Source of the DNA: Pocillopora damicornis
Taxonomy: Eukaryota
DNA: 64,000 nt
NCBI RefSeq assembly: GCF_003704095.1
Contig: NW_020844410.1
Coordinates: 186,001 to 250,000 of the forward strand
Direction: 5' to 3'
Shown: piece after piece, positions 1 to 11,917 of the stretch
Layout: every line of letters begins with the position of its first letter
Position numbering within the stretch: position 1 is the stretch's first letter
The notes under the pieces: model-generated
Told to the model about the DNA's origin: nothing
The model's database searches: none
What the model saw: only the letters and a program-made list of their open reading frames with translations
Translations under genes and position numbers: made by a program

Positions 1-814
1 TCGGCTTCAAGGCCTGACATTTCTCGTTATTTTGAGTAACAAATAACTTTGCAAGTTACAAGTGGCATCCTCTTTAATGTTGTTTCAAAGGTTCTATGGG
101 CATCAAGGAGTTTAAATTTGAGTTATAATCCACGTGAAATTGTACCATCATTACATTTGCAATAATTTCAACTTAATGATACAAAACACACGGCTGATGA
201 GATGCCGCGATGCTACTGTGCACGATTTTCTTCAGATGGACGTGCTATAGTTTAATTGTCGTTAACGAACACTTAAATAAGTTTGTAGGAGATAATATTA
301 CCTTGTATAAAAGATATCGAAGTTTACAGTTGAACCTGAACGGGATAGATTAGATGCTAAGTTTTTCAACTTTGCGTAATAGGAAAATATTGTACAGACG
401 TTTAATAAAGAGGTAAAATGGTTATATAGGTCGTCATGCATTTATTATTTCCTATATTTGAAGATAGCGATTCACGAAGTAATCTGAATATTTCCCTGAA
501 TCTTTGTCAGTACTGATAACAAAAAAAATCTATAAATTTACTCGGCAACACATGTTTAAAGGATGCCCATCATTTTAAAAACAGTGAAGAGAGTTACCCG
601 ACCAAAGAATTCTTTAAAGGCAGTTACATCTATTGCATAAGAAAAATTTTTTTGCCTCGTTAGAAAAAAAAAAGAAACAAGCAAACGAAGAAATAAAAAC
701 AAACATAGAAACGAAAAATTTAAATAAAAAATTGAACAGAAATAAATACAATATCCCTGCTGAGGAAATATAGTCCGTGGTATGTTGAAGATAAAACGCA
801 TAGAGCGAACAAGA

Positions 815-970
815 GATTAAGCCATCTTCGATTCGCTGCCGCTGGGGAGCATACGGCGTCGACCATGGATATCTGCTGGACCTTGTTTTTGACTGTTCTT
901 TTTGCCTCTCTCGAGGCGACTTTATTCTTGTCGAGCTTTCTTAGACAGTGTGCCTTCGAGACTGCCTTGG
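815..970 (-). mobile_element. RTE-type LINE 3' end relic (degenerate)
   Basis: Minus strand gives frameshifted PRQS-RHTV...NKVASREAKRTVKNKVQQISMVDAVCSP, resembling the RTE ORF C-terminal pattern (RP..TWRRTV...W.EA...A.DR..W...V.ALC). Confidence 0.55.
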
Positions 971-1972
971 ATGTGCACGGTAACTGATGCGTTTTTGCGG
1001 CATATTACTAAAAGTGACTGAGTTCTCTGTCTGTAAAGATTAACTCTTTCATTTCTGGGGAAATTATAGAGACCTATTTCTTTTCCTGAGAAGCCTCTTA
1101 TATTTAGACGGGTATTTGGCGTTATTACATTTTATTACGATGATCAGTTATTGAGTTCAGTTAATTTCCTCAAGTCAAGAACCTTTACATTTCCTTCGTT
1201 TACTTGAAAAAGCCTGGAGATAATTCAAGGAAAAAAGTTTAATTTCTCGTATGAGTGAAAAGTCACTTTTCTTTGTTATTGTATCGCATATTTTCTATGG
1301 GATCTTTCTCAAGGAATAGGAGGTGAAAAATACTCTAAAGGACGAAACGAGAAATATCGCTTAGCCTTGTAAAGCAAACCACTATAATTGCAAATGTCAA
1401 TCTTTCTGGATATCTGAAGAGTTTTCTTAACTGGTGCATCCTGCTTGGTTTAATGAAAATAGTGTTTGATAGTTCCTTGTGTGATTAAGAAATCACCACC
1501 TTAGTATCACGGCTTAGTATCGCGGTTAGCTCTCGATCTGTCCTCCTTCTCTTCGATAGTTTTGAAAAGGAACATTTTGGAGGTTAGTGAACATGTTTAT
1601 CAAAAATAATTTCTTTGAATGAGAAAGACTGAGAAAGACAACTGTTTTCATACTTTTAGGAATTTTACAAAACTGAACTACACACTGAACTACATGGAGT
1701 ACGTTACTTTTCCCATTTTCAAACTGTGAATTGGGCAACCTAGCCAGCTGCACCACATAGGGTGGCCTTCATCATATTCCTTTTAATATAATTCAATAAG
1801 TTCAATAGATTTCTTATCCCAAAGCGAAAAAAAGAACGGAAACAGAAAACGTTGTACTGATACTGATAACTGTCCTAACAAACGTTTGCACGTTCCTACC
1901 ATCATGTAAGAAGATCTAAGTTCTCATTAGGTTGTTCGTATGAAAATTTTCAGACTGAGAAACACTTGCATC

Positions 1973-4213
1973 ATGTGGTATTACACAGAATCAAAAGCCA
2001 CTATGATCGGCCTGGCTACAATGTTCTCTATTCTCACTGCCATGGACATCATTGGAAACGTGATTGTTTGTGTGCTGATCGTTAAATTCAAAGATATGAG
2101 GTGAGTCAGACGCCACTTGCAATGGTGAAGGATTTCATGTGGGACACTTGAAGGCTGAAATGAAGGTGACTTGAAATTTCATGCATAACCAGATGTGACA
2201 AGCGGAAGAAAAGGAAAAAAATTAATCCTTTAAGCCTTTTTTACCTAATCATTGTTTTCTTTTTCATTTGTTTCGATTTTATGGCTTTTTTTATCATTAT
2301 AAACCAATAACCGAGGCATGGAGGAGGGGAGGGGGGTACTTAGTCACCCACTAATCGACTGTACAGGATCTTTGCAAATATAAACCTGAGGTTAAAAAGG
2401 GTTTATGTCACATCTTTACGCTAAGAAATCAAAATAGAATTTAGACAATAAAAAGTTTATCAACTTTGATTCAATTTTTGTCAGGATTCCAATGAATTAT
2501 CTAATCCTGAACCTGGCTGTAGCAGACATTTTGGTCGCCCTTTTCGTAGTTCCTCGGTTTGTGCTCTTTAATGCTTACATACTCCCTGATGGAATGACTG
2601 GTACAGTTATCTGTAAGCTGCTGACCGGTGGTAATTTGTCTTGGATTGGAGCAGTTGCTTCTGCATTTACACTGGCTGTTGTAGCTTTAGAGAGATACTA
2701 CGCAATCATGAACCCACAAGGCACACAATTGACAGCTGCGAAGGTAGAGGTAAGGAAAAAGCTAAATCAAAAAGCAAAGAGGCCGAAAAGGAAAATAAAA
2801 CATACAATAATTGAGTAAAAGCAGAGACAATTCATACACTCAACACGAAAAGATATCAGTATCACTGGGGTGTCCAAATTACATTAACCTTTGCAGATCC
2901 GTATTTTCAATCGTTTCCAAACGCGTATGTATAATTTGGTGATATAGCAGATATGAATAAGGTGGCAGAATTATTAATCACACAAATCGGCGAAACTGCA
3001 GCTTCCAATTTTTGTTTGTCAATCAGAGATTTTGAGAGCCAGCCGCCATCTCCCCTTGGGCAAATTTTTATATTCGTGTTAGTTTAATTTCTCACTCCAT
3101 CGCTCATTACATTCTTGCAGATCATTGTTCCAGTAATTTGGCTATTAGCAATCCTCTTCAATTTGCCTCTGCTGTTGACCGACCGGTACAGCACAAAGCA
3201 CAAGACTTGTATGGAGAACTGGCCAGAGGAATGGATGGCAAAGTCCAGCAGCTTGATATGGCTTGTGGTGACCGGCTATCTTCCCATATTCCTGATGATC
3301 GGACTGTACGCAAGAGTCGTGTATCAGCTCTGGTTTCTTGATGAGGATGATGGCGACAGCACTCGACAGGCAAGCACGGGGTTCTTTGAATGTTTTTGTT
3401 TTCGTAGACTAACTCAGAATTAAGCGAGAGACTATACAATGTTTTTTTTGTTCACTGATTAACTAACTAGCCCCATTGAAAAAGCAAAATTTTTGGAGGC
3501 AATCACAGCATTACCAAACTTTTTCTGTGTTGTTATTGCTGGAACGAAACTAGGCCACTTCCTCAAGAATCAGCGTCATTCCAGTATGTTATGTCCTTCT
3601 TCTAAAGAAAAAAGGCAGGAGTTCTATCTTTTATAAATACTCCGTTCATTACAAACACGGTTTAATTTAAAAATCTAACTCCCTCTTTCTTTTAAAGCTC
3701 GACGGTGTTTGGACAAACATAACCTAGGAATTGGCAAGCTTGCATAGGGATATAGATCAAGAACAGCAAATGCTTTGAGAGAGGCTTTCAATGTTAGCAA
3801 TTTCTTTCACAACCATTTCGCCAATTTCATAATTTTAGGGAGTGCTGAGGATTCGAAGAAGAATCACCAAAATGGTTTTCACAGTTAGCATGGTCTTTGC
3901 CGCTTGCCGGATTCCCGCCCAAACGATGTACGTCATCAGCTACTTCAGTCGCACCCAGTACCACAGCGATTTACTGCATATCATATCCGTTGCTGAGGTG
4001 ACTGCCAATTCCGCCATTAACCCATTCATATATGCCTTCGTTAATCATCGCTTTAGACAGCACATCAAGGAACTGATATGCTGCCCTGGTTTGTGCAAAA
4101 CAAAGGTGGATGCCTTTATCCCAGGTCAGGATAGCACCCAAGACGCCACTTACACTACGGAGGTAGTGCAGTTGCAACAAACATCGCAAGAAGAAGCTCC
4201 AAGATATGATTAA
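1973..4213 (+). CDS. GPCR-1: class A GPCR, neuropeptide-receptor-like, about 338 aa, intact
   Basis: Exons 1973-2100, 2485-2749, 3121-3369, 3839-4213 join in frame. Motifs GN (TM1), NLAVAD (TM2), CKLLTGGN/ERY (TM3), NSAINPFIY (TM7), helix 8 FRQ. The intron 3 donor appears to be GC (CAG|GCAAGC). Confidence 0.9.
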
Positions 4214-4899
4214 TCTAGATAATGAGCTTGTTATCATTGCCACCATAATTGCCATCTTGTAATGAGTTTCGCGAGAATGTCGTAATGTCGAAGTTTTAGA
4301 AAAGTTTGTATTTTTAGGAAATTATCAGAGAGGTCAATCATGACATGCACAGGAACTGGCCAAATTTAACAGAACTTGTCATTATTTGTTCACAACTTGT
4401 GATTCTTTGTTTAAGTGTTTTATCTAAATTTGGAACATTTATACTTTCTTCTCGTTTGACTTACGAATCGTAGAAAAAGTTCATGATTGTTGACCTCATC
4501 TGATAGCTTACGTAAGAGTTGCATTTTAGTATTTTCACAACGTTAGGTCCATGGCGCATTACCATCCCATAGAAATCCCTTTTTATGGTTTCTTTTTCTC
4601 GTCGTGGATTCCGGGTGGTATTCAGTTTATGCTAATCAAAAATTTTGGAACATGTTGTTGCAGAGTACATGTTCATGCACGACATAGTATGGTATCGTCA
4701 TAAAGGTACAAAACTGTGTCAGCCGTCCAACTGTTATCTTCTTGTGTTTATTTTTACCGAAGATCATGGTTAAGGTTCGCTTTGTTGCTTCTAATTTTCT
4801 CTTGCGTTTTATTTTATGTTCCTTTTTAAGTTACTTAAAAATATGTCTTTGTTTATTGTTAAAAGTGGGACAGGCTCGATCAATTTTCCTTCAATTAAT

Positions 4900-5365
4900 T
4901 AAGTAAGAAACCTTTATTTCCATAGGGTGGCTCCTTCAGTTTTTGCACGAGATAAAAACTGCTATCCATAGAGGTCCAACATATATTATAAACTAAATTG
5001 ACTGGAAATAATATTGATACTCAAGTACATTCAAAAATAGCTATAAAATGTTATCCAAAGGACCTAAAAATCAAATTACAATTAAAATCTTAAAAATCTT
5101 AAAATCTGATTAAAAATTACACAGCCATGATAAAAGGGCCTTTTTTGTACATTTTAACTTTATAGACAGAAGTCTAGGTTTACCGCTGCTTCTTGTTGCT
5201 CCAGGTAATACATCTTTGTTATAATTAAAGTAGTGCATAAAGAACTGTTGACAACGGTTGCTTAAGCATTTCATGACTAAATTGCGTACATGGCTCTCAC
5301 GCTTTTTCTCCAGAGTTTCGTAACCTAAGAAATTTAGCGCTTTTTCGCTGCTCCCCAGACACATA
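4900..5365 (-). mobile_element. L2/CR1-type LINE 3' fragment
   Basis: ORF 5110-5364 (LGYETLEKKRESH...KCL...YFNYN...TRSS..L..IKL) resembles the C-terminus of L2/CR1 ORF2. It is followed by a stem-loop 3' UTR ending AATAAAGGTTTCTTACTT. Confidence 0.7.
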
Positions 5366-5460
5366 GTGTCTCCTTACAGTTATTCCAGTAAGTTAAGTTT
5401 TATGTAGTGCTGATTGATTACGCAACCTACAATTGCTTAATTTCTAGAAGTCGGTCCCAC

Positions 5461-8252
5461 CTAATGGGAAATCTGAAGGAATGCTGCTATCGTCTTGTGT
5501 TCTTTCGTTAGTTCGTTGCAGCTGAGATGTTCCTCACCTGGATGAACCTTGTTCCTTTGGAAGAAATTACGGTGTAACATAGCCTTGATCTTCTGGTTGA
5601 ATCTTTTGTTGGTCAGAGCATACACAAAGGGGTTGAGAGCAGAATTGGAAAGGATCATTATAGTGCCAATAGCAAAACTTACATCACTGTAAGGTGAAGT
5701 GACGTGATGCAGGAAAAAGATGGTCGAGTCTGTGATCCAACAGATTCCAAAACTGGCACTGACAATTGTCACTGTTAAAGTGACCCGCCTTCGTACTTTC
5801 ATGACACCCTTTATAAAGAAAAGTTTAAAAAGATAACTCAATACTTCTTAGAGTTGCGAGCAGCTATGCTGTCATTTTCTGTGTGAAAACAACCAAACAA
5901 ACAAAGCAAACAAACAAAGAAACCACGCTACATGGGCATCGTCACTTTTTAAGAAGCTTTTATTGCCTAGTGAGGGTCCCCAATAGGGTTCATCAATCCC
6001 GCGATCCCAACTAAAATTTTCTCTCAATCCCGTAATCCCGAAGGTTTATATCGGCCAATCCCGATCCCGATTGTCTTAGCCTATTTCCTATCCGGTGGGT
6101 GATGATTTTGTTAACCAGCATTGATCCGCTGAAGTCTATGGTCACCGTAAGGCGTGAGTTGATCTCTTTTCACCAAAATGATGATATCCTTCGTTTTAGA
6201 AGTTTTCAAAGTCTTGCACGAATGACGCACGCTGGTCACGGTAACGACCTCCTTTCATTAAATTTCGATCACGGACAAACGTATAGGTACAGGTAGATCA
6301 CTATCAAAGAAACGAATAACAATTTAAACAAGTGCATTAAACACAAAAGGTCACGCAATCACATAGTTCCATAACAACGAAGATAAAGAAAAATTAACTG
6401 AACACAACTCTGCTGTTGAAGCGAACAGTTCTTCTGAAGCGGGGACCCCTTCCGGGGTAAAAATCAGCCTCTCGCTCCAAAGATGGAATGTCATCATCAT
6501 CACTCGGGGAATCGTACTCCAGTATTCCATCTTCCTCTTCGTCTTGTTTCCCGCTGTTTTCTTGCTGCTCCTTGAAGTTCGACCGCCTGAATTTCTCTCT
6601 GATAGAGGTACGGCGTGAAGTGTCGCTGAGCAGCCCGATCTCCTCTTGAATGCTAGAGAGCCTGTATGCCTGGTGCTTTTCATGACCGACAAGATCAATT
6701 TGTGTTATATCCCGAATCCGATCAAAATCACCGAATACCGTGTCCCGTTCATAATAGCAATCCCGCATCTCGCTCACTTCTGGCTTAAAATTCTCAGATC
6801 TCGGCCTTTAAATAAGCCCAATCCCGGATCCCGAAAAACTTGTTGGAGACCCTCCTTAGAGTCGAGATTTGGCAAACACACTTTGGCAAAAAATGGATCC
6901 GTTTTTCTTATTAACACTTCTTTTATATACTTCTTACTAACTTCGCTTTTCGTTCCGTGTTGTAAGTTAGAGCGAGTTTTTCCCGCTCGGATATATGGCC
7001 CAAGCGCAAGGTGCGTGCGCCAAAAACCCGAGAGGAAAAACGAAATTCCATAATTTACAGTACGGACCGAGAAGACAAGGATAGTTAATTATTTATCATA
7101 TTTTTGGAGAGTTCGAATAGAAGGCGAAGATTTTAATTCAAGCAAAATTTTAATTTCGTTGGCTACACAGTGAAATAAGGCTTAATTAAGATTAACTAAC
7201 CAATCAACCAATTAGAGTAATGTACCACAAACCGTTAAATTAAAAGAGTCATACAATCATCTCTTACTTGTTGTTGATGAGAGAGTTGAGTGTGATCATT
7301 TTTTCTGAACCACAAAGCGTACACCACTCGTGAATATAAGCCAGTCATTAATACCAAAGGAAGGGCGGCCAAGATTAAAAACAAGGTTATGCTGTATGCT
7401 ATGCCCATCCACTTTGAGGGCCAATATTCTTCGCAGTCGCGTATGGTGTTGTCAAAATCAACACTAAGAAACGTTGGTAGAATCATAATCACTGCAAAGA
7501 TCCAACAGCTTGGAATAATTACCTATACAGGGACGAAAAACGTACACAACTGATAAATGGAAACGAAAATTAAAGAATAAAGATATCATGCTTAAGAATC
7601 GAGCCACGCCATCTTCATGCCCTTTACTCCAACCCCCTCTTCGCCTCCTTCTTTAGCAAAGATCATTTCGTCTGTGGTGACGTCTTTGCTAGAGCTGCAG
7701 GTGGAACCGATTAAAACATCATGGCTGCATTAATTTTTAAATAACTTTATTAGCATTAAAGGAAACACTGACTTTAAAAAAAGAAAGAGAGACTTATTCC
7801 TAGACCCACCAAATTTCGGCAAAAATGCGACCAATGACATTACTCTGAGGTCACCTTAGATTCTCCGTCAAAATGCATTATATTCACCATTTTTTCCAGA
7901 TATGAGTGAGAGAAATTTATCCACCAGCTTTAATCGCTAAATTCTAGTCTATGTACATGCAAATCTCAGAAACATTTTTACCTTCAGGTTGTGATAGCTA
8001 AGCTTCCATCTATTTCCATAAGGATGCAATACTGCATGATAGCGTTCGATGGATATCACCATCAAGGTAAAAACCGATGAAGCAGCTCCAACCCACGAGA
8101 AGTTTCCGCCTGTCAGCAGACGGCATAGAACTGACCCGGTCGCTCCGTCAGGATGGCTAAATGTGCGGCTTAGGATGAAGTCGGGTATGATGAAGATTGC
8201 AATCACGATGTCTGAGATAGCCAGATTCACAAGTAAAAAGTTTACAGCATTT
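5461..8252 (-). CDS. GPCR-2: class A GPCR, exons 2-4 intact, exon 1 not visible (probably in gap 8544-8643)
   Basis: Exons 8252-7982 (271 bp), 7522-7268 (255 bp), 5808-5461 with canonical GT-AG. Motifs NLAISD, CRLLTGGN, ERY, CWITDS, NSALNPFVY. Confidence 0.85.
5972..6854. mobile_element. Non-autonomous DNA transposon with GAG...CTC termini, inside intron 3 of GPCR-2
   Basis: Imperfect TIRs GAGGGTCCCCAATAGG / CTTGTTGGAGACCCTC. Many ATCCCG subterminal repeats at both ends. Internal acidic ORF relic 6394-6777 (-). No clean TSD seen. Confidence 0.7.
6950..7220. repeat. Interspersed repeat in intron 3 of GPCR-2
   Basis: GC-richer block (TACAGTACGGACCGAG..., ending CTAACCAATC) resembling common anthozoan non-autonomous repeats; recognised by eye only. 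Confidence 0.4.
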
Positions 8253-8857
8253 CTGCGAAAATCATGAAAATATCGTAATTATCAAAAAGTTAGTCAAGGG
8301 GTTACTGTAGCTTTATTTTTCTATTCAAACACTGATGTAGTTCCTCATTAGTCTACACAAACGGAAGTTTTAATTTAAATTCGCAAATGTATTCGTCAAT
8401 TTTTTTTTCCTTCGATGAAGGCTTTGTACATACTTAGAAGAAATTTTAAATCAAGTTTGAAACAAATATGAAAATTTTGCAAATAAAAAAAATTAGAAAA
8501 TTCGAAGGAAAATCATGTTTGAAAATATAGTTGAAAAATATAANNNNNNNNNNNNNNNNNNNNNNNNNNNNNNNNNNNNNNNNNNNNNNNNNNNNNNNNN
8601 NNNNNNNNNNNNNNNNNNNNNNNNNNNNNNNNNNNNNNNNNNNAGCATGAGATGCTTTGTCCAATTTAACCACTTCTTTGATCAGGCCGGCGATCATTTA
8701 TATTTATAATTTATAGAAGGAAGTTGGAGGAACGAATACGAAAGCAATTTATCATGAGCCCTCTCAGTTTTCGACACTAAAAACAGAGATAAGAACACAT
8801 AATTATCTTCCGCGACCAATATGTTTTACTCCTTTGACATTGTGGTAATGTTTATAG

Positions 8858-9700
8858 GACGTTATAATAAAGTTCGGATATAACGCGTGCTGTCATTGGT
8901 TGAAAGAGCGCGCTCCATGAGAGTATAGAGCAGAGAGCTGAGCTAAAGCTGTCACGCCATCTGCCAAATTGCACTATGTTTAATTTTTTCCGGAACTTTT
9001 CTCTAGCTTTTTTTCGTTAATTGGAAGTGAAATTTCGGAACAGGCGAGCCGGCAAGTAGCAACAGAAGAACCAAACAAAGGTTTTTAAAAGGCCAGGCGC
9101 CGTAAATTACGTTATTATAACGTGAGCAGAGACGAAAATCCTCAAGAAGAAAACGACATGTACAGTCAGTGTTTTAGAGGTTTTCACGCTTAGTTGGATG
9201 GCAAGCTTATGTGCGGTGATAAAAATCAAACACAGCTAACACTCGTATAGTAAGTAAAGTTTCGTGATCAAAAACAAAACAGGAATGATGAAAAATATAA
9301 CCAAACTGGCATAACTGTTAAAATTCATACTAATCATGCCGGTGTCAGAACGACTGCGACCATGCTGAGGTCCATCGCGGTTTCCTCATCATGGCGATCT
9401 TCGGTCATCGCAGTGAAGCAAGCCTCAGGAACTACTGCGGCCGCCCTTCGAGTGAAAAAATAAGAGCTTGCTCTGATGTCCTTTCCGATGCGTGGAATGG
9501 AAGGCCACATCAGTCACTGCAGCCGAGTGTCACGGCGCTGTTATCCCGAGCGATCTTTATGTTCCGGTGAATTCGGCTGTCGTTTATTCATAAAACACTC
9601 GCCTTGAACTGTTTGTTTTCTACTTGTCGTGTGAAAAACTTGCGTGTTTTTATGAACCACAATTCTGCCGTGTTTCACTGAACATTTCACTTTCAGATTC
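8858..9700 (+). mobile_element. Crypton-like (tyrosine recombinase) element relic
   Basis: 9285-9570 gives frameshifted MMKNI...HTNH..VRTTATML...IMAIFGHRSEASLRNYCGRPSSEKIRACSDVLSDA. This matches the H-x-x-R and GH...Y catalytic boxes of Crypton/DUF3504-type recombinases. Confidence 0.7.
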
Positions 9701-9853
9701 TGTATTAGAGACTAAAAAACTTCAGGCAGAAGTGTTAAATTCGACCTGCCGAAATATTCAAGTTTTTAAACTTTTGCAGAATGTAAACTTTGATGGTTTG
9801 ACATTTTTGACAGCTTTAGTCTTGTACAGCCAATCAGGTATCGAAGCTGCTCC

Positions 9854-10413
9854 TTACATTATTTTGATCTTCTCTTTGAATCTCTGGTTCACTAGACCAT
9901 ATACAAACGGGTTGACGGCAGAGTTAAGCAGCTCTCGGCGCTGAAGTGGCTCACGATGTAGACTGGATGGGACCTGTAATCCAACACATCGCAAAGATAC
10001 CGCTGACAGACAAGGTGGCTTGCTTCAGCACCTTCTGCACTCCCTTTTCTCAGAGAAAGATGAAAGATTGATAACATCTCAATCTGTTAAGTTTGTACTC
10101 AAAATACAACAAACTATTATCTCGCAAAGGAAGCCTCAACGACTTAATATGAGTCTTGCGGGATCTGGTTTTGATTCGAATTCTCGCTGTTGTCAGGCGT
10201 AAATTTGAATCAAAGCCTGTACACTACTCTAGTATACGACACAACCATCACGGTCAACGGAATAATTGCCACGACTATTAACCACACCACATTGTAAGCC
10301 TGAGGAATCCATTTTTTTGTTCACATTCTTACCATTCCATCGTCAATGTCCAAAACTAGGAACACTGGCAAGTTTTTAATCCCGGAGAAAACCCAAAAAC
10401 CAAGAATAAAAAA
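9854..10413 (-). pseudogene. GPCR pseudogene (exon 3 and exon 4 relics), closest to GPCR-6
   Basis: Exon 3 relic 10413-~10181 (KWIPQAYNVVWLIVVAIIPLTVMVVSYTRVVYRL*F, two stops). Exon 4 relic from 10043 with deletions and a frameshift (CWIT..VYIVSHFSAES..LLNSAVNPFVYGLVNQRFKEKIKIM*). Confidence 0.9.
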
Positions 10414-11917
10414 CTGAAATTAAATTCAACGCATGGTTTATATCGATCTTTTGGCAGCACACGTTATACGAGTAACAGATCTAGAAAAGCGAAAGAAATT
10501 ATTCGCCAGCTCAATCGTTCGTTCGTCTTTCCTAATAGTGTAATCGGCAAAATAATATATCGCTTGACTAATAACAAGAGAGAATCCTCTCTTGCTGATA
10601 ACTTGACACTCGAAATTTTCATCCCAGACATCAGGTATCATTATTTCAAAATTCTTCACACGAATTAAAAAAAAGAAACATTGGGAAATCCTTCCATATA
10701 AGCCTACAATACTTGCTTGGGGATTGCCGAAGTGGCCATATCATTTTGCGGTAAGATTGCACAAGCAATTCTGATTATTCAGCAGAGAAGCGTCACCCAG
10801 TTGTTGTTCAGACGATTCTGATTAGTAAAATTTGAACAATTTAAGCCTGTTTAGCTGTCGAGTTAGCGTGGGCTTTACAATTTTGTGTGCGCTAAGTAAT
10901 GGCTAACCTACTTCCGTCCCAAGCCCTCTGTGGCATTACCACTCACTGCTTTAGTGCGGACTAATTCCCAGCTACAAGGGGTAAGACAAATTTAAGTTTT
11001 ATCCTCAAACCTGGACCTTTGTTAGGACAACTTGAGTTACAGAGGATTTGCATTTTCAAGGTTAACCAATCATAGAATAGAAATAAATAATAAATTGAAT
11101 AAACTATTTCCATTTCAGCGTCGTAATGCTGAGCACAGAAAAAATATTTTAAAGAATTATTATACGCTCCGTAGTTTAGAACTATGCCTAATTATAGCAC
11201 ACCACTAAAACTAAGACGCTTGTGAAAACTTTTTAGGCATAACAAATTAAACAAAGGGCTCTAAGGCAGGTGCAATCACTTGATTTTTATTGGCTGAAAA
11301 GTCTGTTTGTCTTAATTACAATAGCACAAACTGATGAGTTGAATTTAACATCAATTCAAAAGAATATTATACTTACCTCGATGTTTTCCGGCTTGACATG
11401 CATACGAGAGTTTCCTAAAGTTTTAGCCTGTCAGTTTTTGTATGATATCATGGTTTTCACACGCTAATGTAGATCGAAATAACCTTGGCACATCTTTAAC
11501 TGCTTTGGAATTGAAACAGAGCGCAAGTCTGTAAAGACAGGTGAGTAAAAACCATTGAAAACAGATATTCAATAACCAATTCTTTGTTTCACCTCTCAAA
11601 TGGAAGTTTTTACGTTCGTGTTTTTCATCTTAGGAAAGGTTATTACCGTTATCTGCATGTAATTTACGGAGAATCTACCCGTCTGCGGTAGACATGGTGT
11701 AATAACCACGAAAATACGTTATGATCAAAAAAGTGCATTTGAAAAAAACAGCTTACTTTGCTATCGGCTTCTTACCTCGTTAGTTTTTCCTTATGCGAAA
11801 AAACCTAACGGACCAAGTATAGTTGTTAATGGCCCAATCCATTTCTTTATGTTAACGCATTTTCTTTGGTGTGATTTTTTTTTCTCTTTTCTAGGTGGAC
11901 CATCGACCACATAAAAT

